DNA of 64,000 nucleotides from Stegostoma tigrinum (lineage: Eukaryota). The notes beneath the pieces are model-generated. The model searched no databases. It saw only the letters and a program-made list of their open reading frames with translations, and was not told where the DNA came from. Below, piece by piece: positions 25,226 through 37,929 of the stretch (positions within the stretch are counted from its first letter, which is position 1; each line of letters starts with the position of its first letter). The stretch is from positions 50,906,312-50,970,311 of the forward strand of contig NC_081363.1 in the NCBI RefSeq assembly GCF_030684315.1, in the 5' to 3' direction. A program made the position numbers and the translations under genes.

Positions 25226-28200
25226 TGTTGGCTTGATTGTTGCCAGGGAAATGCTGCACCAGTCTTCAGAAAATCCCTGGAATAAACTAGCCATGAAAAT
25301 ATTTTGGGCTACTTTAACCTCAGTTGTTTCTGACAGGCCCTGTTGGCTAATGGTTTGAAGCCTAGTTTTTCATGCACCATGACACTGATATCTGAGTACA
25401 TCTTGGCCTGGACATTCTCAGCTTTCTCTTACATGGACACTCTTCAGGACTTTATAGTTGCACCTCACATAATACACCCTGTGCTCTGGGCAATAGTTTG
25501 TTCTCCTTTTTAGCTATGTTTCTTAAGTCTGTGCTTCCTGCTGCCTTGGGATCCTTGCTTTTGCAGCATGCACCTGCCCAGTAGCCTGGATGCATGAGGG
25601 AGCTATCAATGGAGGTCTCTTTTGGAGAGATGCTGTTTTTGTGATAGCCTGGTATGACTGCCTGGTGCCCACTTTGCTGCCAGCTATCATTACAGCATCT
25701 GGAGTGACTGTTCCCTCCAATCTTTATTCCTTCTGATTGTAAGACCAGTACTTTCAGTGATATCTAAGTGACTTAAGCAAATTGCTATCACCTTGGGTTT
25801 ACATTCCATCTGCCCTCCAAGAGTAATCACAATTCCTTGTCAAGGAGTCCATTACAACTCCGAGTCCTTCACTGCAGCAGGAATTGAAAAAATGGGATCC
25901 AATGTCTTTTTTCCACGACAAACAATAGCTCCTAAGCCTCTCTCTGAACTTGTACACTCCACCCTCTGTTCCAACATCAACCAAAGTATGCAGAGCTAGG
26001 ACTGGGAGCATCCCACCTTCTATTTTGTTCTTTGGTCTGTGCTCTAATGCAGACAGAGCCATGAAAATCTGTACCATAAAGTCTTCCTCACAAGTTTGAA
26101 ATACAGTATGATGATTTGTTTTCCTTTTTTTAACATTAGTTCTTTTGTTGTGTTTAATTCTGGTCTCATATTAGGTCCATTTAAGTCCTTAAGATACAAT
26201 TGCTATGGAATAACCACAAGAATGGTTTAACGAACTAATAGAATTATTTTTGTTTAATGTCATTAATCTGTATTCGGAGGCCATTGTTGTGTTATCCATC
26301 ACCAACATTCATGATTAACAATCATACATAATTAACAATAATTCTTGGTTGATAACAAAAAGAGTGATCAGTCTTGGCAACCTGATATGTTTAAAATTAT
26401 TTCTGGGTGCCCTTTCCTCCAAATTAGGGCTTCTGCTGCAACTCCCTCAGAACAATTCAGTCATATTAATATCACATACAATATTGGAGACATCTTCTAT
26501 TGTAAAGGCACCGCTGCTAGAAACTGACAAGATATACCGTCGGTGTGTCAACCCTGATGGACATGGCAAACATTCTCTCAGCTTCTCTCAACATTTTGTC
26601 TGAAGCTGCACTGCAGCTTTTACATTTTTGTACAACATGTGTCAACCAGCTGTTCCAATCGTGCTGCCTGAATGCCCTCCCCACTTTTTAAATAACTTTT
26701 TAAAAAATGAGATCCTGCTGGTAGCTTCATCAGGTTCACTGTGTCGCCAGGATTTCCAGGCTTCTGTCCACCCTGTTGTCCACTTCCCTGCTCCAAACTG
26801 CCAGCTGGCACTTTTGGGGCCATTGAATTTGCTGCAGTATAAATGTCTTCTGCCTTTCGTATTTTTAAAGCTCAGTGTACTTTACTGGATGCTTTCCTGA
26901 TTTTAATAGGTACAACAAAACTATTTTAAAACATCAACATCACAGTAATTTATCTTAGTAGAGTGTCAAAGGAGTTGATTTGTCAAACGGCATCTGATTA
27001 TATTGCCCAATAACTGATTCCTCATACTAACTTGAAACAATATCTTAAAGAGTTAATAGCAATCCTCAAGATACTGTCAACTTGCAATTTGCAATGCAAA
27101 CTCTTTATTCTGTAAAGAGAAATTCAGAGATCATTATTTCTGGATTAGACTCCTTTTGTGTAGCCAAACAGCATATTGTCCTCAGCTAAAGTAGATAATT
27201 TGCACTGGAGTTAAATTACCAAACCAAAGACCAGTAAAGCTTAAGGATCTCAAAGGGCTCTAGTTCTAATCCATCAAAGCTTTCAGATTTCTAACGCATT
27301 TTGTTCCCTGTGCTTATTCTCTGTGATGCTGATGTTGCCGCAGCCATTTGTTGTGCAAACCTTTTGAGATCTGAGGTTTCCACTTGTGGGAGCTGATAAT
27401 GACTTTGGCCACCAACTGGCTTGACTGGTGATGTTCCCTCTTGAGAAGAAAGGGAATGACTCATGCCTTTCTCTGGTTGAGGAAATAAAGAAAACTAAAT
27501 GTAAACAAATGTGGAATCCAAACAACTCAGCCTGCCTTTCATCTTCCAGCACCCTAATGATCTCTCCTAATGAAGGCATTTTTTTAGCATTTACCATGGA
27601 GAGGTTTCTGATTGCCCTTACTGTACTGTTATATTGACTCAGAAGGTACATTTTACAAATGAAAGCTACACCTGCCTCACACAGTAATGTGTGGCCCATT
27701 TGTGAGAAAGATCCAATCAATAAATCAATGTAAAGTCCATTAAAATGTCACTTTTCTCAACATTATCACAACAAACCAAATCCAAAGGGTGAGACTCTCG
27801 TCAACTTAGTTTTGTTGAAAAAATAACATATTGCGTTCTAGTTGTCTACAGAGATAAAAGCACAACGATTAATCTGTCTGCTATGTCCCTGTCTTAATCC
27901 ATTTGCTTACCTGTCTTTGAAGAAAGGATGAATAAAAAGCATACATTGTGTCATTTTCAAATTTCAGACACATCTGAACACAGCATGAAACTCCTGTTTC
28001 CTATGCAATGTAAATATTTTGGCATGTTCCTCACTTATTGATCAAGACTAAGGGGTATGGACTATTGGGATATAGTGGAAGTGTGAATTTTATTGCACCA
28101 CACATTTTTACTGCTGAAGATACAGACTTAAAATTTGTTAAACATTGTCTGATTAGAGCAGAGAAATGTTTATAGATCATTTAAACTACTAAATAATAGA

Positions 28201-28579
28201 TTTAGAATAGCCCGGTTGGAAAAGACACTAGCTTGTCTAATGGTATAATGTTAGAAATCTAATAGGCTACAAGTCTAGTTTGTGGAGTTTGCCACTTTTA
28301 GCCATAGTAGTACGATGTCGTAGTGTATGTTTTGAGAATAATGGATTTACAACAAATCATAACTATCAATCTCTATCAATTAGTCCACAACAAATTTAGT
28401 CACAGGGAAAAGAGAGGCCTGCTGGTGGTGATCAGCTTTGTGAAAACTATATTCAAAGTTTCTTGTTTCTGTCAATTATATTACACATATCATATTTCAT
28501 ATCTCACATTACTCGTATGCTGAATCCTGAAGTAAATTTTCTTAAAGAAAATCAGATTTGCATTTGAATAATTCAAAAC

Positions 28580-28782
28580 TAAGTAGTTTTCAGAGGGCAG
28601 TTAAGAGTCAACCAAATTGCTGTGGGTCTGGAGTTACATGTTAGCCAGAACAGGTAAGGATGGAAGAATTCCTTCCCTAAAGGACATTGCAAATCAGACA
28701 GGTTTTCAACAATAGATAATGGTCTCAAAGTCATCATTAGACATTTAATTTCACTTTTTAATGAATTCAAATACCATTGTTG
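28580..28782 (-). mobile_element. tRNA-derived SINE fragment (family of 45398-45681)
   Basis: GGGCAGTTAAGAGTCAACC...GGGTCTGGAGT.ACATGT block shared. Confidence 0.6.
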
Positions 28783-31700
28783 GTCAGGGAGGGAGGGCTG
28801 CTGATAATCCCTGAGGGGGGATGGTTGGGTATTGTGAAGAACTTGGAAATCCTTGGGAGTGGTGGAATGAAATATTGAGGTGGGGAGGGCATGATTAGGA
28901 GGTGGAAGCATGCCGGAAGACAGGGAGGAGTCAAAAGCCATTGGGGAAGGTCAACGGGTTGTCCCTAATTATGGGGTCTTCTCAGGTGTTTTGTGTGAAG
29001 GCATTTACCTCTCATGTCCACTTAGTCTTTTTCTCATTATAGATACCAGTTTTCTCATTGGTTATAAAATCCAACAGTGACAACAGTTAAAGCTGAAAAT
29101 CTTCATCGCTATGAGGTTTGCAGCCTTACCATATTTATTCAATTTCCAATCTGGTCTTTTGGAGTGTGTTGGTTACCTACCTGACTTCCACCCTCAGTTA
29201 CTATTGGATTGGAAGCAGGTTTATATTAGGAACATATTTTACAGACTTAAATAACTGACAACCAATCCCCCTCCCCCAAACTCACCAAACTGGTCCTGTT
29301 TTAGGTAAAAATTCAACCTCGAATGAATCACAAAACTGATCTTACCAAATATTGTTGAACAATGGTAAGTTAATTATTCTATTTCAAATATGATCTGAAA
29401 ATACACTGGAAGATATTGGGCCACACAGGATTAAGGTCCAACTCAAATTCTTGATCACTTTACCCTAGAATAAGTTAATGATAAGAGCTTTACATTTTAA
29501 TATTCAAGCCTGGTATTGGCAGTATTACATAGTAGCATTTGAGATTAGCATGCCACCATCTATTATCATGATTCAGCAGGGGATGTAATTTGAGCATGAG
29601 TGGAATGGACATGAGAAAAAGTTTGCAACTTCAGGGGAGAAGTGACAGTGGCTGAGGAGGAGATTCTGCTCGAGTGAGATTCCTTGTGGTGTACCATGTT
29701 AACTTGACCATCCAGAATGCTGATGAAAATCAGGATTAAATAATGCATCTTCTTGATCAGTAACCGAAAAGGATTGTGAAAGAAACAAAATAGATTGACA
29801 AAGAGTGTGAGTTACTTTAAACAAAGTGATGTCAAATTAGGGTCAGAAAGATTGGATTAAAAAAGAGCAAAACACAGCAAAGAAAAAAGCAATTTTCTAA
29901 AGGAAAAGTAAGTTTTACATTCAATGAGTCTCTAAAACAATTCACAAGCAGAAAGAATAAGATTCCACATTTCAAATAGTTTAATTTCTGGGCCAAAGAG
30001 ATTGATTGGCAATCATCAATTACCAGCTTGTTAAGTTATTTAGACTACTAATTACTGGACGTAACTTTCCATACAGAGTTTAATTAATTCATTTGACAAT
30101 TGATTTGCAAATGCAGTAAATTTATTAAAAGCACAGAAAGGTTAAAGGCAAAGTGTACTTGTTATGACATTGACAGCAAAATGGCACAAGTTATCCAACA
30201 ACTATGGTGATGCATTATTCTAATGATATCTCCTCCTTGCCATAAATTGTTGGCTGAGTTGCGTGTTAATAATGGTTTTTGTTCTCACACCTTTTTTAAT
30301 CGCAAATATTTATTTGATTCTTCTATATCACAGAATCAAGTGCTAAGCAATACAACTACCTGGGGACTGATTCCATTTTAATACATTCTCTGGAAGAAAT
30401 AGGAATTATGGGCTGATTGACCTTTTTCTTTCTCTTTCTCATGTCATGGGTATTGCACATCTTTTCAATCTTCTGAGGGAACATTCTGTTCTAATGTAGT
30501 CTAACAAAATGCAAATGCTTCACAGAGCAGTTCAAATGGGAGGTTGGACTTTAAAAGGGAATTTTTCAGCCAAAAGATCATCTGGTTAAGTTTTGCAACT
30601 TTCTTCTCTAAAATTACTTGAAATTAAAGACATTCAAATTACAGTTTATGCACTCCTTTTAGAAAACCAGTGCTGAATAATAGCTGTTTAATACCGTTAA
30701 TGATGCTTTTAATGTGTGCAGTAGCCATTTAGTTGGTTGTGATTCACGCCTTCAAATGGTGCTTCATGCTGTTGAATAAATATTTATAACCTTGTAATTA
30801 TTTCAGATCTTTGCCGCACTTTTCAATCAGAGAGCTGTAATTCCATTTGGGAAAATAATTGATCTGCGTGATGTGGTGCAGATGTTGCTGTTATTTCTTT
30901 CTAGAGGTCAAGACTGTACCTTTTGCTTTAATAACCAACTCAACTCTTCCCATGCTCCCTAACACACCCCCCAAAAATTATGACATTATCATATGATGTA
31001 TTTTTGACATAACAATAACTTTGGTGATGCTGAAATTGTTTTCCCATGTATGGCACCCAATCTTAATTTCAGGATAGTTTTATGAAATAGTTGAATAAAA
31101 TTTAGAACTGTGCATGTCTAAATCTACACACATGTAGTCATTTTAAATTGTAGACAGTGGGCGCTTTGACATTGCATTGCAAATGTTCAGTTCTAATGCC
31201 AGTGTCTCCACTTGGATATATAAATGAATAGACTTTAATACTGTTGTAGCGGATCCCCACTTTCATCTTCAGATCTTAGAAGATTAGTCAGTTTTATTGG
31301 ATTTGGGGTGAGATGTTTACTCAGCCTCACAAAAATCAATCTGTCACCGCTGTCTAAGTATTAGGATAACAGTGCAAAATGAATCCATTTATGATCTTGC
31401 TGTCTGGTTAACCAACCCAATGATCGAAGAAAGATTGTGCAGACCAACAACAGCAAAAAGCTCTTCGGAGACTTTTTACATTGTTGAGTTGGAGTGTTTT
31501 GCTGTTCAGCCTGGTGCATGACTAAGCATTTTGGGTATTCCTCATTGCAGAAACCTTTTATCGATAGCTTGAGAGTCAAATCTTCTGGAACAAACTAAGC
31601 AGTAAACAAACATCTTCTAGTGGTGACAGCAAACAAGTTTCTGATTTAAGTTATACATTTAAACTTGGGCAAAATCCAACTGTATTTGACTAGTGCAGAG

Positions 31701-32156
31701 CTCATACATGAAAAGAAAGACAGTGAAAAGTGCTTTTGCTGAATAAAAGGCAATGTCAGTTTTCCTCTTAATGCCTGAACTAGCAACTACATCACCTGTT
31801 TTGAGATAGCCCTCTGTTATGTAAATTCAAGTAAAGAGAAAAGGCATCCCTCGCCCTAGAATCTTCCTGAAGTAATACGAGGCTTGCACAAGAAAACACA
31901 ACCATTATTCAGGTGGCTGATTTGGAATCAGCACTGTGTTCTGAAGGCAGAAAAGCAGAATGGTGGCTATTTCTGATAGCTCCCATTAATGAGACTAGAC
32001 ATTAAAACCTGAGGATTTCCAAAATCCATGATTCTTGGAGCATAAGAATTTAAGAGTAGCTTTTATATTCTGCATAGAGCTTTCGAAATTATGTCAATAA
32101 TAGGAAAATAATTGCTTGACAGTACAGAAGTTAAAAACTGTTAGAAAGAGACATGG

Positions 32157-33350
32157 GACTGAACTTTACATTTTTGAGGTTTTGTCAGCTTAGTCATGGT
32201 TCACGGAGGGCGAAACTTCTCTCCATGAGACCCAGTGAGACTTCTTGCTGCATCTGACCAGTGAAACTAATTAACTACCTGTTAATGAGCTCTATGGACT
32301 TTCTCAAATGATTCTAGCCCCTTTTTACCACCTGCTGTTTTCAGAAGAACTCTCCACTCACTGGATATCTGTCAAAAACCAGCATCCTGAGCATTGCATC
32401 ACCCATAAAAAGCTACTGTGTACCCGGATGAACACCAGCATGCTGACGGCATCTCAATAAGGGCATTAATCTGAAGATATTGCAGAAAGGGAAAGGCACC
32501 GTGATTCTCCAACAAGGGCCTGGAAGTCCTGGTGGATAGAGTGATCCAGAGGAGAAATACCTCCTCCTGGAAGATTGGCAGAGAAGGCCAGACCGCCAGA
32601 CCCTGCCAGCATAATCTGAGGCTGTCCCCCACAGAGACATAGGTCTGCTACAAGCCATTGAGCTCTGCGGGAGAGAGTACCAAGTCCTCAGAGGAAGCAC
32701 CAGTAAAGTCTAACACCTGAACTGTCTGCCACCTTAGATACTGGCATCTCGGTGGGAGTTTGCAGTATGGGAGCACAAAGCAGTGAGCACCTCACTGCGA
32801 CAGCTGCGTAGCTGGCCAAGGAAGAAATGGTTCACGCTGTTGGCACTCAAAGGACTGTTGGAGACCACACACCTACTCAGCCCCAGACAGGAAGGAACCC
32901 CATGGTTTCAGCATAGAATCATACAGCATTGAAACAGACCCTCAGCACAACTCATCCATGCTGATCAGACATCCCAATATGACCTAGTCCCATAGGAAAG
33001 AAAGACTTTGGCTAATCACCCTATCCCTGCCACTCATGATTTTATAAACATCTATAAGGTCACCCCTCAGCCTTTGCACAAGGAAGCACAAGAGCAACAA
33101 GCTGTGAAGTGTGAGGAATGGCACTCAAAATCCAGCTCCTGCAGGACTGCATCTATGCCATGGAGCCAAGTGCTGCCAGGGTCTGCTAGATATATGCACA
33201 GGCGTGTAATCCATTTTCCAAGCCACTGGTGCTTAGGATTGAAAGGACAGTGACAAGGGAATGGGGAATACTCCAGGTGCCTCTTCCTCATGTTGGGATA
33301 GTGCAGTGCCAGGAGGCAGCAATCCAGAGGAGCAGCCACACTCAGGTCCC
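32157..33350 (+). mobile_element. Harbinger-type transposon remnant with Myb/SANT-like ORF fragment
   Basis: ~32485-32625 reads KGKAP*FSNKGLEVLVDRVIQRR / LLEDWQRRPDRQTLPA*SEAV, like the APRFS...LEVL...RR..W Myb/SANT domain of Harbinger ORF2; terminus-like GGACTGAACTTT at 32157; a CR1 tail is inserted at ~32910-33075. Confidence 0.55.
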
Positions 33351-34027
33351 TCAAACTGATCTTTCTCCATTGCCTTTTCCTCAGTGAAGGTGGTACACTG
33401 TGTCAATAAACATAACCTCTAGCAATCATTAAGGAGATGTCTCAATGAGCTATAATGTCTACTCTGATTTTTAAAAAAATACTTGTTGTATATCATGTAC
33501 AAAAATGAAATACCAAAGACTGCCACTTTTAGACCTACCAAGTATGCGGTCTTCCTTAGCCTACTCCAAGAGGATGACATCCCAAAATCTGAGAACAAGA
33601 GGGGCTAGCAGTTTCAGGCTACAACTTTACAGGAAGTCGTCATTAAGTGCAACAAAATGAAAATATCATTTTCATTTGCTAAAGGTTTATTACTGAGGCT
33701 AATTGCGGAGACAATCCGGGAAGCAGAAACTAACTTTGTTTTGTTCAAAGTGTGCTTTCTCACATTCTAGCATTGGTAAAACGACAAATTGTAATGACAG
33801 GCATGCCGTTAAGTTAGGAAATCTGTTCAGACCCTCCAGGCTTTAACTTCTGGGCCCCACATTTAATGGGCACCTGGATAAGCCCTTCACTCTCTTCAAC
33901 CCAGGAGCATCAGTCAACCTTAACTACAAGCCAAAAGAGCTGAAGGTGCTGTAAATCAGGAACAAAAATGAAGTTGCTGGAAAAGCTCAGCAGGTCTGGC
34001 AGCATCTCTGAAGGAGAAAACAGAGTT

Positions 34028-34057
34028 AACGTTTTGGGTCTGGTGACCCTTCCTCAG
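34028..34057 (-). ncRNA. Minimal hammerhead ribozyme-like core in the PLE 3' terminus
   Basis: Minus: GUU-CUGAGGA-A-GGGUC-ACCA-GACCC-AAAACGUU-AAC; GAAA box mutated to AAAA. Confidence 0.6.
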
Positions 34058-35818
34058 AACTGATGATGGCTGGGAAAACGTCAGTTTATGTGCAGAAAAT
34101 AGGGAAGGTGGGTAGGGTAGGGCGTAAACAGTAGGACAGAGCCCAAAGAGAGACGAAGACAGTTGAACAGACAAAGGAGTTGCTAATGATCGGGCTGGGA
34201 GGGTGAATATTTGTTAATGGGGACTGTTAGTGACTAACAACAGTGGGTGTGTAGTGGCAGGCTATGTGGTAACAAGACCTGGTGTGTGGGGTGGGGGCCT
34301 GGGACGAGGGAGAGTTTAGGCCCTAAAATTATTGTACTCAATATTGAGTCCAGAAGGCTGTAGGGCGCCCAAGCAGAAAATGATGTGTTGTTCCTCCAGC
34401 TTGCGTTGGGATACACTGGAACATTGTCGCAAGCTGGAGGCACGGGTTTTGGCCAGGGAGCAAGGTGGTGCATTGAAGTGGCAGGAAACAGATAGTTCAG
34501 GGTCTTTTTTGCAAGCAGAATTTAGATGTTCTGCGAAGTGGTCGCCAAGTCTATGCTTTGTTTCCCCAGTGAAGAGGAGACCACATAGTGAGCAACAAAT
34601 GCAGTAGACTAGGTTCTGGAAAGTACAGGTGAAGTATTGCTTCACTTGGAAAGTATGTTTGGGCCCTTGCAGGGAGGAGGTAAATGGGCAAGTGTTGCGC
34701 CTTCACCGGTTACAGGGGAAGGTGTCATAGGGCTGTGGGGAGGTGTCGGGGGTGAAGGAAGTGTGGACCAGGGTGTCCCAAAAGGAACGGTCCCAGACAA
34801 GGGCGGGGAGGGGAATATGTGTCTGGTGGTGGGATCTTGCTGGAGGTGGTGGAAATGTCATCTGATAATCTTCTGGATGTGGATGCTGGTGGGATGGTAG
34901 GTGAGGATAAGGGGGACCCTATTGCTGTTGTGGGAAGGAAGAGAAGGGGTGAGGGCAGAAGTGCGGGAGATGGGTTGGGCCTGATTGAGGGCCCTGTCGA
35001 CAACGGAGCTGGGGAATCCTCGGGTGACGAAGAAGATGGACATTTCGGAGACTCCCTTGTTGAAGTTGGCCTCATCTGAACATATGCAATGGAGACGGAG
35101 GAGCTGAGAGAATGGGATGGAGTCTTTACAGGAAGTGGGGTGTGAGGATGTATAGTCCAGGTAGCTTTGGGAGTCAGTGGGTTTGTAATCGATATTAGTA
35201 GCCAGTCTATCCCCAGATTTGGAAACAGAAATGTCAAGGAAGGGATGGGAGGAGTCAGCGATAGACCAGGTGAAAGTGAGGGCAAGGTGGAAATTGAAGG
35301 AGAAATTGTTGAAGTTTTTCAATTCTAGATGAGAGAGGGAAGCAGCACCAATGATATCATCGATATATTGGAGAAAGAGTTGTGGGTGGGGGCTGAAATA
35401 GGACTGGAACAAGGAATGTTCCACGTACCCCACAAAGAGACAGGCATAACCAGGACCCCTCTTACCTGAAGAAGATGAGAGGAGTTGAAAGAGAATTTTT
35501 TGTGGGTGAGGACAAGCTTAGCCAAGCGGAGGAGGGTGGTGGTGGGTGAGGATGGTTCAGCTCCATGAAGAAGCAGAGAGCCCTAAGACCCTCCTGGGGG
35601 GGAATGGATGTGTAAGAGGATTGCACATCCTTGGTGAAGAGGAGGTGGCTGGAGCCAGTAAACTGGAAGCTTTGAAACTGGAGTAAAGCGTCAGATGAAT
35701 CATGGATGTCTGTGGGTAGGGATTGGACCGGGGGCTGGGGAGAAGACTGAGTCAAGGCAGGAAGAGATGAGTTCTGTGGGGCAGGAGCAGGCTGAAACAA
35801 TGGGTCTACCTGAACAGA

Positions 35819-36015
35819 TATAATGGGAACTGCAGATGCTGGAGAATCCAAGATAACAAAGTGTGAAGCTAGATGAACATGGCAGGCCAAACAACATCTC
35901 AGGAGCACAAATGAGCACCCTCTGATGAAGGGTCTAGGCCCAAAACGTCAGCTTTTGTGCTCCTGAGATGCTGCTTGGCCTGCTGTGTTCATCCAGCTTC
36001 ACACTTTGTTATCTT
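35819..36015. mobile_element. Fold-back PLE-terminus mini-element with 16-bp TSD
   Basis: GGTCTACCTGAACAGA duplicated at 35803-35818 and 36016-36031; inverted arms ~35848-35911 and ~35954-36017. Confidence 0.88.
35922..35949 (+). ncRNA. Minimal hammerhead ribozyme-like core
   Basis: CUGAUGA-A-GGG-UCUAGG-CCC-AAAAC-GUC with ACGU palindrome; G of the GAAA box changed to A at 35942. Confidence 0.65.
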
Positions 36016-36712
36016 GGTCTACCTGAACAGACCTGTTTGTGGATTTTTAGCAGGAGGTAGAAACGAGCTGTGCGGGGTTGGGGGATGATTAGCTTGGAAG
36101 TGGATGGAGGGAGATCCTGGATGAAATGAGATCTGCAACCATAGTGGATACAATGACCTGATGTGTCATGGTGGGGTTATCGTCCAGGTAAAGGGAGGAG
36201 CAGGTATCTGAGAGCTGGCGTTCAGCCTCTGCAAGGTAGCGGTCAGTATGCCAGACAACAACAGGACCACCCTTATCGGCAAGCTTGATGACAACGTCAG
36301 CCTTAGCTACTCACCCTCAATCACCCTAGAGATATTGGGCATTTGATAACAGAATGACACACACCTCAGCTGAGCATCCACGGAAGACTTGATGGTACTG
36401 ATTTCCAGGGATGGCAATAAGAAGCCATCAATGTGTTATCAATGTGGCCTGCAGAGGTGAGACTGGTTACAGTGCCTCAAAAGGATGAACAATGTTACAC
36501 ACCACCAGGGTAGGAGTTATTATCTATTCAATGCTTCATTCCCCTATGAGTGTGAGTTAGCATTGTATGTTTATGGCTTCAGACAACTGTCACAGACAAA
36601 ATTGGGTGCCAGACATCCCCATCACATGCTCGTATGTAATCAATGTCTGTCACTTCATTGCAGCTACCCATGTCGTATTTCTTGCGGCTCAGTGCTACTG
36701 CTTCTCTACCAT

Positions 36713-36778
36713 CTGTCATGGTTCGGACTTAAAATAGGAAAGGAGCTGTCATGGTTCGGACTTAAAATAGGAAAGGAG
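36713..36778 (+). repeat. Perfect 33-bp tandem duplication
   Basis: CTGTCATGGTTCGGACTTAAAATAGGAAAGGAG x2. Confidence 0.97.
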
Positions 36779-37169
36779 CTCCAACACTCAGTAGCTGAGC
36801 TGCCACCGGCTCACAAGCTTTTCATTGAAACTGGGAGGTTGGAGTATCACATCACTTCTCCTCAAACCCTTGCATGGGCCAAGGTCACCACCGTGAAATG
36901 CAGCTTTCAGATGAGTACCTTAGGCATATTAGGCATACATATCATGATAAGTTTTAATAACCTCCATCAACTCTTTGACCCACTCAATCACCTTTCTCTC
37001 AGAGTCCTTTAACTCTAAACTACACTCACACCACATTCTTTTTACAAGAATCAAACACAAGCAGTTACAGCCCTGGATGTTTGTATCCCCATTTGTATTT
37101 ATTGTGTACCCACCCTAATTTCATGCATAACCAGCACAAGTGTTTGCAGATGGGGGAGGATTGCCTGAC

Positions 37170-37790
37170 ATAAAGGTTTCAGCACCTGCCCACACAAGAC
37201 CTCCTTGACCTCCATTCAGGGCCCTAAACAGCCCTTCCAAGTGAGACAGTCCTTCGCCTGCATCTCCTCCAACCTAGTTTATCGAATCTGGTGCTCCCGA
37301 TGTGGTCTTCTCTATGTCGTTAAGAGCAAGCGTGGACTGGGTGACCGTTTTACTCAGTATCTCTGCCTGGCCTGTAATGGCCAACCTAACCCCCTGGTCA
37401 CTGCCCATTTCAACTCCCCGCCCCATTCCCCCTCCAAAATGTCCGTTTTAGGTCTTCTCCAGTTGCACAGTATTTAGAATGCAAATTTGGAGAACAACAT
37501 CTTATCTTCCACCTGGGCATCCAACAGCCTCGAGGACTCAACATTGAGTTCTCCAATTTCAAATAAACTTTCCACCATTCCCCACCTCTCCTTCCAGCCC
37601 CACCTCCTCCCTTCTATTCTACCTTCTGACCCTCCCTTCCAACTACCAACCGGATTCATCCCTCCCATCTACCAACTTGGTCATACCTACCGCCAATGTC
37701 CGCTTTTCACCACCGTTCCACCTGCACCTCCCCCCCACCACCCTTTATCTGCAGCTTCCCCTACTGTGTTCCTCCAGCCTACTGTTTGTC
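37170..37790 (+). mobile_element. PLE GIY-YIG endonuclease fragment plus pyrimidine-rich 3' region
   Basis: ORF 37205-37477: IQGPKQPFQVRQSFACISSNLVYRIWCSRCGLLYVVKSKRGLGDRF...AHFNSPPHS. Confidence 0.85.
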
Positions 37791-37929
37791 TGTAAAGGTT
37801 TCAAGGGCCAGTCTTCCACCCCACCCTTCACCAATGCAGACATTCGCCTCGAGAGTTAATGTACCTAGTATATCCTCAGGGTCACATTGCAGAGAGCACA
37901 GCAATGGCACAGGCCCCCAACACCCTCCC

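Larger units (their letters stand above)
33938..36304 (-). mobile_element. Penelope-like retroelement (RT + GIY-YIG endonuclease), decayed, with terminal hammerhead
   Basis: Minus strand: VIKLADKGGPVVVW (~36300), LFTKDVQSSYTSIP, FLQYIDDIIG, PFLDISV, YKPTDSQSYLDYTSSHP, then FTC..NLVYCICCSLCGLLFTGETKHRLGDHFAEH...KLEEQH...LQPSGLN; frameshifts present. Confidence 0.92.

Noticed and set aside
34725-35285. 186-aa Pro/Ser-rich ORF
   Set aside because: Alternative frame of the PLE RT region
36713-36778. 33-bp repeats of CRISPR-like length
   Set aside because: Two abutting copies with no spacers and no cas genes, in a vertebrate context
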